DNA of 64,000 nt from Octopus vulgaris (GCA_951406725.2 OX597830.1:15934001-15998000); one strand, 5' to 3'. Positions 41,719-59,712 are shown, numbered from the stretch's first letter. Program-made: numbers and translations. Notes: generated by a model from the letters alone, not told the origin.

Positions 41719-42049
41719 GTATGTATATGTGTATATATATATATAAAGAGAGAGAGAGAGAGAGAGATCTATATGCACGTATACGCGGACACACACACAC
41801 AAGCATACGTATGTATGTATGTATGTATGTCTGCTCACTCGGCACACACAGCAGGAATATCAGGAGTCTTGATATGCAATATCTAATCAATATTGTTTGC
41901 TTGTGCGGATTATACCCACCTAGCAATGCACCTTAATTTAACTGAAGCTAATTCAACTAATTTAGCTGAATGTTAATTATATTATATTATATTATATTAT
42001 ATTATATTATATTATATTATATTATATTATATTATATTATATATTTTTT

Positions 42050-43452
42050 TCTGTTCTTTCAGCTCAGAGCTACGGCCATGCCGATGCACCGCCATTTTAC
42101 TACATTGTTATTACTGGGAGCATCCTCCAATATGTGGCACTTGGTGAAAAATGGAGTTTGATGTAGCTACCCTCATTTGCACCTCTTGCCGTGAGGTAGG
42201 TTCATCTGGGACTCTCGAAAGGAAGAGGTCCAGCTTTGATTTTAAAACGCCTACATTTACTTTGTGCAGGTTCCTTAGGCTCTTTGGGAGAATATTAAAA
42301 AGCTGTGGGTCCCTGAAACCCAGGCTGTTGCAGTAACTGGTCCTGAAGCGCGATGGCGTTGCTGGGATCTTTGGCACCATGCAGTGTCGTCCCGTTCTGG
42401 AATTGGTGTAGCTTTCAATGCCAAAATTAAGCACAATTCCTTCCAGGATCTTCCAGATGTATATTACTGCATACCTCTCCCACATTCTCTCCAGAGAATA
42501 GAGTCTTAGCTATTCTTTCCCTGTAGCTGAGCAGTTGCAAAGAAACGATCTTCTTTGTGAAACTTCTCTGGATTGCTTCAAGGTCCGCTGTTAATTTCAC
42601 ACTGTTGGGTGACCATAGTTGTGAGCAGTAATCCAGGCGGCTGAGGAGGAATGTCCTTCAGAGGACCATCATGGTTTCCTTATCTCTGGTTCCGAAAATG
42701 TTCTCAGGATCCATCCAATCAGTTCTCTGCACTTTGTCACCATCCTGGTAATGTGCACTTGGAAAGAGGTCCCTCAATGATTTAGGCTCTGGGATTGAAA
42801 TTCCCTGTGGACCAGTGTACCCTGTAAGTTTCATATTCAGTTTTGGACGCTGGTAGCGCAGGGCTTGGAATTTTTCAGCATTAAACTGCATATTATTATC
42901 CTCAGCCATCTGTAAATTGAGACCAACTCCTTCTGCAGACGTGCAACATCGCTGGGTTTCTGTATTTTCTGCGAGACTTACGTATCGTCTGCGTAGCTTG
43001 CAAGGGTGGCTATCTGGGCACGTGAGGGCATATCTGAGAGGGCCATTATAAAAAGCAGTGGTCTCAAGACAGTGCCCTGTGGAACATCGCTCACTATTTG
43101 TGATTTCACAGAAGTAGCTCCATTAGCCACTACTGCTTAGTTTCTATCTTTCAGAAAGTCATGTAACCACTCTTCAAGTTTTCCTGCTGTGCCGAGGACA
43201 TGCAGTCTATGGCATATCATACCATGATCCACCTTGTCAAAAGCTTTTGCAAAATCAAGGTATATTACATCCACATTTGAGTTGTTGAGTAACTGCCTCA
43301 ACACCCACTCATAATGTTGTAAGAGCTCCTACCTGGTCGAAAGCCATGCTGGGTATCACTCAACAAGTTATTTTCTTCAAGGAATGCGATTAGTTTCCCC
43401 CTGACTATCCGTTCCATGACTATGCTGATGTATGATGTCAGAGAGATAGGCC

Positions 43453-43453
<1 letters not shown>
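42050..43453 (-). mobile_element. 5'-truncated CR1-like LINE with decayed RT domain
   Basis: Minus-strand motifs RPISLTS, DFAKAFDKVDH, VPQGTVL, YADDT, NNMQFNAEKF, KLDLFLSRVPDEP; related to 19330-20125. Confidence 0.92.
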
Positions 43454-43484
<31 letters not shown>

Positions 43485-43534
43485 TGTATGTATGTATGTA
43501 TGTATGTATGTATGTATGTATGTATACATGCATG

Positions 43535-43587
<53 letters not shown>

Positions 43588-44018
43588 CACACAGAATAAT
43601 ACTGAGAGAGACACATCTAAATATAATTGTTTGTAAATATATATATACATACAGATATAAAATATTAAATATGGATATCCACGTACATATTCACTCCTAT
43701 ATGCATATGTGTGGGCGGCGTATGCATCAATATATAAATACGTTATGTAATTGTGAAGCTCAAATTCTTGCAAGAAAGTTTATGTAAATATAAGCAACAC
43801 ACAATAAAATGAACATTGCAGGATCCAACATCCTGATGATGAGGCTGAGAAAATCGGAAAACGTTGACAAGATTTGGGTACTTTAATATTGCGAACGATC
43901 TATAGGAATATAGTTCTTTGAAAAGAGGAAGAAAACTTAATATAAAGAATTAAATTAGAACTGTTTTTAAATAAATCATATCTAAAAGAAATTCTGTTAT
44001 CCATATATTAAAGTATCA

Positions 44019-44085
<67 letters not shown>

Positions 44086-44795
44086 TTGTGTTTGTGTATG
44101 TGTATGTATAAACTTATATATATATATACATATATATAAAAATATATATGTATATCTATTATATTACATATATATGTGTGCGTCTGACTGTATACATAAA
44201 TAGTTTATAAATGCAAATATGTATATGTATAGATATGTATGCATGTATAAACCTATGCATATATATATATATGTATAACTATATATTTATACATATATAC
44301 ATCTGTATGTCCATACGTACATAATGTACACACACATACACATGCACATAGACACGCGTATACATATATATGAGAGGATTTTTACAACTATTTAGGCAGG
44401 TGGGTGTCTATACTAAAGCAATATTTATTTCTATGACCATTTAGACTACTGAGTGTTTAGTGAATTGCTTTAGGGGTTTAAATGAAAAATTATCTCAATA
44501 AGAATCTCAAAGTAATTTTGATTCGAGAAGCGAAATACATAAAATAGACGAGGATGGAGGTGAATTTAAGCCGATTCCCTCCAGATTTCTGGTAATAAAC
44601 TGTAAATCTGATAATAAAAATAAAATTCTTTTGAAACCGTAATAGATGTGCTCGTATATTGATTATTTTCACCACCAAACCATACCCATACACACGTCCG
44701 ACATCCGCACTTAAACACACACAAATACAAATACACATGTATATACATGTATATATATATGCATATATACATAAATCAATATACAGTCCGAAAGT

Positions 44796-44834
<39 letters not shown>

Positions 44835-44845
44835 TATATACATTT

Positions 44846-44877
<32 letters not shown>

Positions 44878-45029
44878 TCGCGTACACACGCTCGCACATG
44901 CGCGCGCACGCCCACTCCCGTGCGTGTGTATCGTGTGTATTATAAATTTTTATTGCTTTTCTTTTACATTGTGTATGTGTGTGTTTATATATATATAATA
45001 TATATACGTAACTATATACGCAAATATAC

Positions 45030-45106
<77 letters not shown>

Positions 45107-45234
45107 CACAAATATATGCATACACACACATGTACATACACACACACATGCTTAGAAATAATGACAAACAGAAAGTAAAGAAACTTTTCTCCGTGTTCAT
45201 GCATATATAACTGTATATGCATGCGTGCGCGTGC

Positions 45235-45300
<66 letters not shown>

Positions 45301-45633
45301 TGTGTTTCTGTATGTATCACACACATTACTTTCACATGGTGTGTCAGGGGTTAGCGCTTTCTCTCCATTCTTTCTTTTTATGGGCTTTTGTCGCAGCACC
45401 AAATCATTCATAATTTTATGAATATTTGTCGAGCACTTTTGGGAAAAACGTCTCTCTATGACTAATTACGATGCACCCGGAGGACAAGACATATTGCCGT
45501 GTTTCCGAGTGTACGTACACATACACACACACACACACACACATAAATGCATACAAGCCTGCATACTTGCACATATATCTGTTTATATATATGTGTGTGT
45601 ACATTTAATCTACAGTTAATACATAATATATAT

Positions 45634-45668
<35 letters not shown>

Positions 45669-45759
45669 GTGTGTGTATACATGTATGCATATATGTATTT
45701 ATGTATATCTATACGTGTATGTATGTGTGTGTGGATGGGGTGTATACATATATACATAC

Positions 45760-47620
<1,861 letters not shown>

Positions 47621-48184
47621 GGTTTGTTAGAAGAAACAGGATAAATAAATAGAACTCAAATCAAGCGAATATGTTTTCTCAGTTTACAGAAGTGAATGAA
47701 GGACCAAGCGCTCCATTCGTGGCATTCATCAAAAGAGTGGTAAGCGCCATTCACAAAACTCTCGGTTCTCGCATCACTTTTGTAACTTTTTACCGATTTA
47801 CTATCTATGTAAGTCTATGTGTGCTTGTGGGTCTTTCTGTGTGTGAATGTTTTCTGTTTTTAATTGAGTTCTTCTTCTGAAGAAGGAATTGGCTTCAACC
47901 AAAGATACAAACCGCCACCGTTGGAACGTAGATAACAAAAAGATATTCATATTTTAAACTTGAGGAAGTCTTGCATATTTTTACTGTTCCCCTTATAGAT
48001 TGTATCTGTAATGTGAAAATCAGTTGGGCGATTTCTTTTTCTGAAAACCCAAGTTTTTTCCAGATTGTCACTTAGGTATTTACTCACAAAAACCAAGTGT
48101 ACCGTTGTTATTGGTATAAACGTGAATTTATAATCTGGATATAGAAGCAGTTGTCCATGATTATCTCTTTTTCTTTGATTTTCG

Positions 48185-49638
<1,454 letters not shown>

Positions 49639-49690
49639 TATACATATATATATATACATGCACACACATATATATATTTATATATATCAT

Positions 49691-49960
49691 ATAGAGGGTA
49701 CTATTATTCATAGGTACCGCACGCTAGGAGGGACTACTGCAGTCAAAACTACTAAAATAAACAAATTGTAAATGAATGCAAACTTCAAAGCAAGTCATTT
49801 AAAAAACAGAATTTAGTTACATATCTGTTTAGTTACAAATTCTGTTTTTTAAATGACTTGCTTTGAAGTTTTGCATTCGGTACAATTTGTTTATTTTAGT
49901 AGGTCTGACCGCATTGGTCCCTCTTAGCGTGCGGTACCTATGAATAATAGTACCCTCTAT
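49691..49960. repeat. 270-bp fold-back palindrome upstream of a hammerhead (inverted pLTR-like)
   Basis: atagagggtactattattcatagg...aacagaattt pairs with aaattctgtt...cctatgaataatagtaccctctat. Confidence 0.88.
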
Positions 49961-50074
49961 ATAATATTAATAAATATATTAAAAGTGGAAAAATTTACGG
50001 TTTTTTTCTCTTATGAGGTTTTCACGCTAACTACTGATAATTTCTTATAAAGCGACACCTACTGGTCTGCCTAC

Positions 50075-50116
50075 GCTGCATTGAAAAGGGGCAATACCCC
50101 GAAACGCGTCTGTAGC
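50075..50116 (+). ncRNA. Minimal type I hammerhead with U3-A8 core covariation
   Basis: gctgca-TTGAAAA-GGGG-caata-CCCC-GAAA-CGCG-TC-tgtagc. Confidence 0.8.
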
Positions 50117-50330
50117 TGCCGGCCAAGTAGTGTGGAGCGACTGACCTCCCTTGTTCAAAGGTTATATGGATACAGTTTGTGTATCAAATAGCTAACTTAA
50201 GGCGATGGCCTCATGGAGCTAATAAGCGGTCAGCTTTATTCTTATTTTCATAAGAATGCCATATTAGTATGGCGATAACTATATATATATATATATATAT
50301 ACATATACATACATACATACATACACACAC

Positions 50331-50386
<56 letters not shown>

Positions 50387-50966
50387 CCAATTATAGAGTG
50401 ATTCTCCATATTTATATATTTATTTCAGGACAGTCATTTTTTGCAAACGCATTATATATTAACAAGGCAAGTAGCTAGTTAGAAAAATCTCAATAAGAAA
50501 TGGAAGTAAAACCTATACTGAGCAGTAATATGTATCACCACGTCAACATGGCAGTTCGACGTTACTACCGTTTTAACCCCAGGCAGATCCTCCGCCAGCT
50601 TGTTACTGGTGCAGCCTGTACCCCGTATATATTGCAAGCAGGGGAGTGAACCCCAACTATCCTCTAGCAGATAGCGGGATCACGAAAACTGAAAGGTTTG
50701 GGGCTACTTGTGCACATCTTCAGGCGTGGACACCCGGCCGCTAGACATAGTAGAGATTCGCCCCAGCTCGCAAAATATAGAAAAATAAGCGACCATCAGT
50801 CACTGATTTTACAACAAGCCAAGTAGCTAGTTAGAAAAATATCAATAAGAGATGAAAGTAGTTATTATACTTAGAAGTAATATTTATTGCCACATCAATA
50901 TGGCTGTTCGACGTTTATAGCGGCCGGATGTTCACGACTGAAGATGGTCACAACGGAATTTGAACT

Positions 50967-51210
50967 GGCAGAAACGTTAGCGGTGAGCTGGCAGAAACGT
51001 TAGCGCGCCGGACGAAATGCTGAGTGGTATTTCGTCTGCCGCTACGTTCTGAGTTCAAATTCCGCCGAGGTCGACTTTGCCTTTCATCCTTTCGGGGTCG
51101 ATAAATTAAGTACCAGTTACGCACTGGGGTCGATATAATCGACTTAATACCTATGTCTGTCCTTGATTGTCCCCTCTGTGTTTAGCCCCTTGTGGGTAAT
51201 AAAGAAATAA
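50967..51210 (+). mobile_element. SINE family B monomer inserted in an antisense family B copy, with an 11-bp TSD
   Basis: gaatttgaact at 50956-50966 and 51211-51221. Confidence 0.85.
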
Positions 51211-51379
51211 GAATTTGAACTCAGAACGTAAAGACGAAGCATTTCGTCCGGCGTGCTAACGATTCTGCCAGCTCACAGCTTTGTATATCTGTGCGTGCAT
51301 CTCATTATCCAATATTTAAACATTGCCTTGTATTCAGTTACTTCCGAACTTAATCAAACTCTCGTGACTGAAATATCTA

Positions 51380-51471
<92 letters not shown>

Positions 51472-52409
51472 CGTGTGTGTGGTATATATCTCTATCTCTA
51501 TGTGTGTGTATATATATATTATATCTACAAATGTATATATGATTCAGGACTCAACCACTTTTAATTACCATATAGATATATATTTGCCGGACGTCAAACT
51601 ATATCTCGTGTTTATTATCGAAATTCATTATCTCAAATCATTATCTAAACCAAGAACGGTGAATCTACAACGGATTGATTTATGGTTTGGGAATATTCAA
51701 CATAGAGAGCGGCTTGCACTGAATATCGAGATATGAGGTTTTTCAGCGAACGGAGAGAGAACAACGGAGAAAGATTCCCAGAGGCTGGTAAAAAAAAAAA
51801 AATGCAAATGACTTGTATAGATACGTCGTTGTCGTTACGTAGATGGCAGCTGGAAGCCTTGATAAGGTCAATTTTGGGTGTGTGTGTGTATCATTCCTCA
51901 AGACAAGACTTATACCTGTCTCCTCTCATAGCTCGTCCTCCAAGCATTCATAATAATTTTTCTATCATCTTGGCTCAACAGCCCTCACCGTTTGTTTTTA
52001 CTGTCTTGTTCTCACTGTCCTGTTCTTGTTACCACTTTCACCCTCCGCAAAAAATCCAAAATTTTATTTAATTTGCTTTGCGGGAAGGACTGTTTCAGCG
52101 AAGTCGCGTATTGTCTGGTACTGCATCAGGGCATTTATTATTATTATTATTATTCTATGTTTGACTTTTGCTTTATATTTGTACAAGTTGGCTCCAAGTC
52201 TCACCCAGAAACCTCAAGAGACAACATGTTGGAAGTTCACTTTGTTGTTATACCTAGTGTGCCATATATTTGGGTTTTTTTTTGGTGTTGTACTAGTGAA
52301 TGTCTAATAAATAAAAAAACACTAAATAAATAAATAAAACTTGTTTGTTTTAAACCTTGAGATTACATAGAAAGTATTTTGCGTAGGATATGAGCAGTTC
52401 CCATGAGCA

Positions 52410-52419
52410 CTTATTATTA

Positions 52420-52469
<50 letters not shown>

Positions 52470-52471
52470 TA

Positions 52472-52538
<67 letters not shown>

Positions 52539-53160
52539 CATTATTATTATCATTATTATTATTATTATTATTATTTACTTATTTATTTATTTGTTTGTTT
52601 GTTTGTTTATTTGCGCAGTGGTGGTCTTGTTTACACTTGATCGTTTGACTTCATAATTGCTTTCATATTCCTGTTAAATTATGTAACCTCAAATAGACAG
52701 CACTCTCCGCAGGATATTTGTTGTTCCCAAAAGTGTTGTCTCTTGCGATGTCGTAATTTTGGGAGAGATTCCAATTGTGTCAAGATGTATCTGAAGACTT
52801 TTCATCACTGACTCAAGTGCTTCAATCACAATTGGTACCCCTCTTGCTTTCATATTCCACATTCTCTCTCAGCATCTATTCTCAAGTCAGCATATTTTAC
52901 AATTTTCTCGTTTTCTTTACCATCAATTCAATGACCTCCTTGCCAAGCAACATCGATCAACAAGCACCTCCTTACAGCAGTTTTCTCCACCGGTGTTTTG
53001 TATGTTCAAATGTTCAAGAAAACCCTCTGGATTGTAAAATTGCGCAAGAGTTTCACAGAGTGAGACGGTTGGTACCAAACTAAAGGAATATGAGTCGATG
53101 ACAAGGGCCCAGATAAAAGCCAACAAGTTAATAGATTTGCAGCTGGGCATCTGGTAGTCA
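52410..53160 (-). mobile_element. R4/Dong-like (restriction-like endonuclease) non-LTR 3' remnant with (TAA)n tail
   Basis: Decayed minus-strand translation ..DFTIQ..CLLIDVA..QETTLLGTTNILRRVLSI; long (TAA)n at 52410-52575. Confidence 0.6.
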
Positions 53161-53629
53161 AACTGATCTTGAATTTAAAGAGTTCCTTGACTGGTCTCCT
53201 TAAAGACTTTCTTGCTCCAGAAAAATTTCATCATACATTTTTTATATAATTTTACTTTTTATTTCGTTTCTACCCACTAACTTTTTTCCCATACACTTTT
53301 TTTTGCAAATTATGACCTATCATTGTAATGTCCTCTTCATTTGACTCAAGGCTTGCGAGTAAAATAGGGTTGACATAAATCGGGCGAGATCCCATCCAAT
53401 GGCTTGTAATTCAAATTTTCAGCCTTGCCACACTACGCCACGTTGATTGAACCAGAAAATACGCTAAGGATATAAGTGCCTACGGAATACTCAGTCAAAG
53501 ACACTAATTCGATAAGCAGATTGTTCGGTTGATCGAACAAGTGGATAATCATTGTCGAAACCGACGAAGATCCATTAACAGCGACAAAGCGAGAATTCAA
53601 AGCTGACTTTTGCAAAACTGGTATATCTT

Positions 53630-54022
53630 ATATCTTTTATCTTTCACTTGTTTCAGTCATTAGACTGAGGTCATGCTGGAGCACCGCCTTGAGGTATCTT
53701 TAGTCGATTGAATCAACCCAACACTTACTTTTTTAAGCCTGGTACTTATTCTATCGTTTCTTTTGCCGAATTGTTAAGCTACGCAGACGAAAACACACCA
53801 ATACCGGTTATCAAACAGTGGGGGGAACAAACACATACACACGCACAATTACATACTTACGACAGACTTCTTTCAGTTTTCATCTACCGAGTCCATTCAC
53901 AAGGCTTTAGTCGGCTAAAGGCTATAGTAGGAGACACTTGCCCAAGATGCTACACAACGGAATGAACCTAGAATAGTGTAGTTGGGAAGCAAGCTTCTTA
54001 CCACAGAGCTACACCTGCGCCT
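53630..54022 (-). mobile_element. Diverged SINE family A copy
   Basis: Head and tail match family A. Confidence 0.75.
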
Positions 54023-54198
54023 ATGTTCTTTTATTCTTTTATTCTTGTAAGTAATTTATATATAAAGGTCGATAAAATATAATTACTCCATCCAGGTCAT
54101 ACTTTTGCAGGTAATTCATGTTTCATTGTAATCCATTTTTCAATTATTTATTCATAAAATTGTTTATTTTTTCATATGCAAGCAAATATGTTTGTTTG

Positions 54199-54460
54199 TG
54201 GAGGCGCGTGGCATAGTGGTTAGGGTGTTAGCACCATGATCGTAAGATTGTGGTTTCGATTCCTGGACCGGGCGACGCGTTGTGCTCTTGAGTAAAACAT
54301 TTCATTTCACATTGCTCCAGTCCACTCAGATGGCAAAAATGAGTAACGCTGTGATGGACTGGCGTCCTGTCCAGCTGGGGAATACATACGCCATAGAAAC
54401 CGGGAAACCGGGCCCTTATGAACCTAGCTAGGCTTTAAAAGGGCGCATTTATTTATTTAT
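54199..54460 (+). mobile_element. SINE family C
   Basis: Matches the units of 21911-22420. Confidence 0.85.
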
Positions 54461-55549
54461 TAAATATGTTTGTTATGTTCATCTTTCAAGAGGAGTCACC
54501 TCACATAAATTTGTGTGCAATACTTCATCTTTATCGAGTGGTCAACTCACTTCAAATATGCGTACAATGTTCATCATCAGAAAGAATGGTCAATTTACTT
54601 TAAATGTGTGTGCGATGCTTAACAGTGCAGAGTGACCAGTTCCCCCACAAACATTAATTCGATGTTCATCACTACAGAATGGTCAATTCATTACATAAAT
54701 ATATAACACTGTGTAACAATTTTCATTTTTTTTTTGTCTTTGGTCACTAAGTGTTATTTTCTATTTGCTTCTATCTAGAAATCAAAGTAAGTGACTACTA
54801 TTCCCTTCAAACTTTGCTTTTGTGACCCGGACATCATTCTTTTGAAAATCACTTAATTTCCATAAAATTTCAGACAAATTCAGCACTGAGTTGCTGAATC
54901 AGAAATATCGTTACATTAAATAGCTCAATAGCATAAATGTGCTTGTCAGCTGCTTGACCTTAACTACGTGGGTATGTCTCTTAGTGGCTGACAATATGTG
55001 CATCTCTGATCATTAGTAAGAGTACAGGGAGAGCATCATAGCCATGTACTGAGAGGTAAGTAATGTTTTTACATTACATGAACAAGGAGAAAACACAACA
55101 ACGCGAGGACATGGAACAAGTATAGTGTTATTGGACGCTCAGGAAAGGAAAGGAAAGGAAAGGAAGGAGGATTTAACGTTAAGCAGTTTGAATGAAATAT
55201 TAGCCATTTTTTTATGCTTTCTAGTGGTAAGCAAACAGGAAATAACAATTGCTACTGAAAGACAAATATCGTGTTATAAAGTGTAATTGTCTTTACAGAG
55301 TGGCCAGTTTGTTAGCTCATGTCAAATTTCATACAAAAAACTGAAAGAGAGAGAGCAACCCCTAGTGACATTTTCGGAATATTCCGAAGCAGGTGAAAGA
55401 CGAAGGAACGGATAATCATAATCAGGATGCATGAGTTGTCGCATGGAAAACATTGCATGCAGCCCAGACTTAGTAACCTGGTCCCAATGCTTATAACGTT
55501 GTAGACCCACCCCACTAATAGCACTCAAGGTCCTGATGATGGTATTTAA

Positions 55550-56713
55550 GGGCGGCGAGCGGGCAGAAACGTTAGCACTCCGGGCGAAATGCTTAGCGAT
55601 ATTTCGTCTGCCGCTACGTTCTGAGTTCAAATTCCACCGAGGTCGACTTTGCCTTTCATCCTTTCGGGGTCGATTAAATAAGTACCAGTTACACACTAGG
55701 ATCGGTATAATCGACTTAATCCGTTTGTCTGTCCTTGTTTGTCCCCTCTATGTTTAGCTCCTTGTGGGTAGTAAAGAAATAGGTATTTCGTCTGTCGCTA
55801 CGTTCTGAGTTCAAATTCCGCCGAGGTCGACTTTGCCTTTCATCCTTTCGGGGTCGATTAAATAAGTACCAGTTACGCACTAGGATCGGTATAATCGACT
55901 TAATCCGTTTGTCTGTACTTGTTTGTCCTATCTGTGTTTAGCTCCTTGTGGGTAGTAAAGAAATAGGTATTTCGTCTGTCGCTACGTTCTGAGTTCAAAT
56001 TCCGCCGAGGTCGACTTTGCCTTTCATCCTTTCGGGGTCGATTAAATAAGTACCAGTTACACACTAGGATCGGTATAATCGACTTAATCCGTTTGTCTGT
56101 ACTTGTTTGTCCTCTCTGTGTTTAGATACTTGTGGGTAGTAAAGAAATAGGTATTTCGTCTGTCGCTACGTTCTGAGTTCAAATTCCGCCAAGGTCGACT
56201 TTGCCTTTCATCCTTTCGGAGTCGATTAAATAAGTACCAGTTACGCACTGGGGTCGATGTAATCGACTTAATCTGTTTGTCTGTCTTTGTTTGTCCTCTC
56301 TGTGTTTAGACCCTTGTGAGTAGTAAAGAAATAGAAATAGGTATTTCGTCTGCCGTTACGTTTTGAGTTCAAATTCTGCCGAGGTCGACTTTGCCTTTCA
56401 TCCTTTCGGGATCAGATTAAATAAGTACCAGTTACGCACTGGAGTCGATATAAACGACTTAATCCGTTTGTCTGTCCTTGTTTATCCTCTCAATGTTTAG
56501 CCCCTGGTGGGTAGTAAAGAAACAGGTATTTCGTCTGCCGTTACGTTCTGAGTTCAAATTCCGCCGAGGTCGACTTTTCCTTTCAACATTTCAGGGTCAG
56601 ATTAAATAAGTACCAGTTACGCACTGGGGTCGATAAACTCGACTGAATCCGTTTGTCTGTCCTTGTTTGTCCGCTCTGTGTTTAGCACCTTGTGGGTAGT
56701 AAAGAAATAGGTA
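55550..56713 (+). repeat. Tandem array of SINE family B (one head plus six ~184-bp units)
   Basis: Junction aagaaatag|gtatttcgtctg repeated five times. Confidence 0.92.
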
Positions 56714-56878
56714 CTTAACCGAGCGATAGATTACATCATCCATTTAACAGAGACTGCTTCCGCAAAATGCTGTAAAAAAAGTTCGAAATTATTTTTCTCC
56801 GAAGGAACCCTGCCAGACATGTTACAAGTCACGCCTTTCTAACTGTTACATGCATTTCAAAGTAAAACACAGATATAG

Positions 56879-56920
<42 letters not shown>

Positions 56921-57159
56921 TTATATATATGTATGTGCGTATGTATGGAAGGATGTGTGTGCGTGTTGCTCTCTGTAGGCACGTGACTTTCTCAAACAAG
57001 TATGTTTTTTCGTCGCAGTGCTTTCTAAATAAATAGGCTGCGGAGCGCTGTACCGGGGTGGTTTAAAATTAGAATACTGACAAAATACCCACGAGCGATT
57101 CCTATGAAAAATCGACAAACATAAGCTTGATGTTGACTGAATGTATATGCCTTACATGT

Positions 57160-57312
57160 CTATGTATGTATGTATGTATGTATGTATGTATGTGTGTATG
57201 TGTGTATGTATGTATGTGTGTATGTATGTATGTGTGTATGTGTGTATGTATGTATGTATGTATGTATGTATGTGTGTATGTATGTATGTGTGTATGTATG
57301 TAAGTATGTATG

Positions 57313-57346
<34 letters not shown>

Positions 57347-57627
57347 TGTATGTATGTATGTATGTGTGTGTGTGTATGTGCGTGTGTATGTGTGTGTGCA
57401 TGTGTGTGTGTGCATGTGTATGTGTGTATGTATGTGTGTATGTATGTGTGTATGTATGTGTGTATATATGTATGTGTGTGTATATATATACATACATATA
57501 TATATACAGAGAGAAAGAGAGAGAGGGAAGGAGAGAGAGATGAACATACATGTATATACATATGTATACATATGTATATATATACACACACACATATATA
57601 TATACACATACATATATGAATGTATGC

Positions 57628-57668
<41 letters not shown>

Positions 57669-57770
57669 TATATATCTATATGTATACCTACATATTTATA
57701 TATTCATATATATAAACATAAATATATATATGTGTGGGTGTGTGTATGCATGTATGTATGCATGTATGTA
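57160..57770. repeat. (TATG)n/(TG)n/(TA)n compound microsatellite
   Basis: Direct inspection. Confidence 0.95.
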
Positions 57771-58328
57771 TAATATATCCATGCGTACATATATGCACAT
57801 AAAGAGAGAGTTGAGAGAGGAACACACAGATAGACAAACAAACAGGCCGGCAAACAGAAACAGAGACAGAGAGAGAGATGCCGGCATAAGTACGAGTCGT
57901 TGCCCGGGTACTGTATATGTTAAACCTAAAATGACTTATAGTATGTTTTTATGTAGTTCTTCTCTTTATAGTCTTAATTGGATATGTAGTTATTGTAATG
58001 CAAATATATATGTAAAGTCTGCTTTATTCTGGGTTTCTATGATAAGTGAATATTTTGATGATTTCAATATTTTATTTATGTTGCCATTATATATATTTTT
58101 CTTGTAATTCTAAATTGATATGCAGCACATAAAACAGAAGTAATTTCTATAGAAAGGTTTTATTCGCTAAAAACTCCGGGGAAGGCAATTCTTTCTTCCA
58201 GTTCTTCTGCCGGCAGGTGATCGGATTTGCGCATATCCGTTGGTTCCATCGTGAGCTGACCATCAGAATAAACAGTAGCCAATCAATACACACACACACA
58301 CTCACCTATATGTATATGTACCAGTATT

Positions 58329-58383
<55 letters not shown>

Positions 58384-58448
58384 TATGTAGGTACACACGT
58401 GTGACAGTGTATGTGTGAGTGTGTCCATATATATGTATATATATATAT

Positions 58449-58639
58449 AACTATAAATAAGGGTATCTGAGAGACACCACCATGCCGAAATAGCAGTCAA
58501 AACCCTGACTCTAAAAACCACCTAAAACCACCTGTCTTATCTCATGTTGCGATATGAACATTTTAGGTGGTTTTTAGAGTCAGGGTTTTGACTGCTATTT
58601 CGGCATGATGGTGTCTCTCAGATACCCTTATTTATAGTT
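58449..58639. repeat. Fold-back inverted repeat (~79-bp arms) adjoining (TA)n
   Basis: aactataaataagggtatctgag...accacctaaaa pairs with ttttaggtggt...ctcagatacccttatttatagtt. Confidence 0.88.
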
Positions 58640-59343
58640 GTAAAAAATTATTACCTTTGGATGGTATTTATTGCCATGCTGGCAACTTAATAATATCGAT
58701 ATTTAAATATCGATATTATCCTTATTTATAAATACACACACACACACATATATATATATGTGCATATATACATACATATATGTACATACCTACATATATA
58801 TGTATATATACATGCATATATGGGTACAGGACATAAAAAAAACGTTGAATACAATGAGAAACGAAAACATAAAAACAAAAACATAGAAAACAACGAAAAA
58901 TACAAACAGAGAAACGAGAAATGCAACATAAAGAATATTCCCCGTCTTCAGTTGTCCCTGTTTCATCTACTCCGCTATTCGAAGGTAAGGACAATACGCG
59001 ACTTCGTTGAAACAGTCCTTTCCACAAAGCAAATTAAATATAATTTGGGATTTTTTTTGCGGAGAGTAAAAATGCTAACGAGAACAGGACAGTGAGAACA
59101 AGACAGTAAAACAAACGGTGAGGGCTGTTGAGCCAAGACGATAGAAAAGTTATTATATATATATATATATAATATATTTAATCGACCGTGATATATATAT
59201 ACAATATTGCACACTTCGGATATATATATATATATATATATATGATGACTGAGGGCTTCGAATGTCCCGTCCTGTGGTTCTTGTGTCGTCTCTTTGGTGT
59301 TTCATGTTCTTGTCCATGTCTGAATTTATTTTTTACTGTTTAC

Positions 59344-59408
<65 letters not shown>

Positions 59409-59512
59409 GTAAGTATAGAAGCCATCTTATCATGGCTAACCACCTAGCCATGATAAGATGGCTTCTATACTTTACATTATCGAGCGATTACTGTTTCAAT
59501 CTCATTCTGAGA

Positions 59513-59589
<77 letters not shown>

Positions 59590-59631
59590 GTATATCCGAA
59601 GTGCACAATATTATATATCCATTACAGCCGA

Positions 59632-59712
59632 TCTTACCAATCGGTTTGGCGCCAGGGATTCAACGGAGTGTTAGGTAACAATCCGATTTTGTAACCCTGC
59701 GCTCATCAGAGG
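59632..59712 (-). ncRNA. Decayed hammerhead motif with extended helix II (GAAA to CAAA)
   Basis: ct-CTGATGA-GCGC-AGGG...CCCT-g-GCGC-CAAA-CCGATTGG-TA-ag. Confidence 0.55.

Noticed and set aside
43828-43875. CTGATGA...GAAAACGTT motif
   Set aside because: Helices cannot be formed convincingly.
58460-58505. Hammerhead-like CTGAGAGA...GCCGAAATAGCAGTC in fold-back arms
   Set aside because: Core spacing is wrong, and helices I and II pair poorly.
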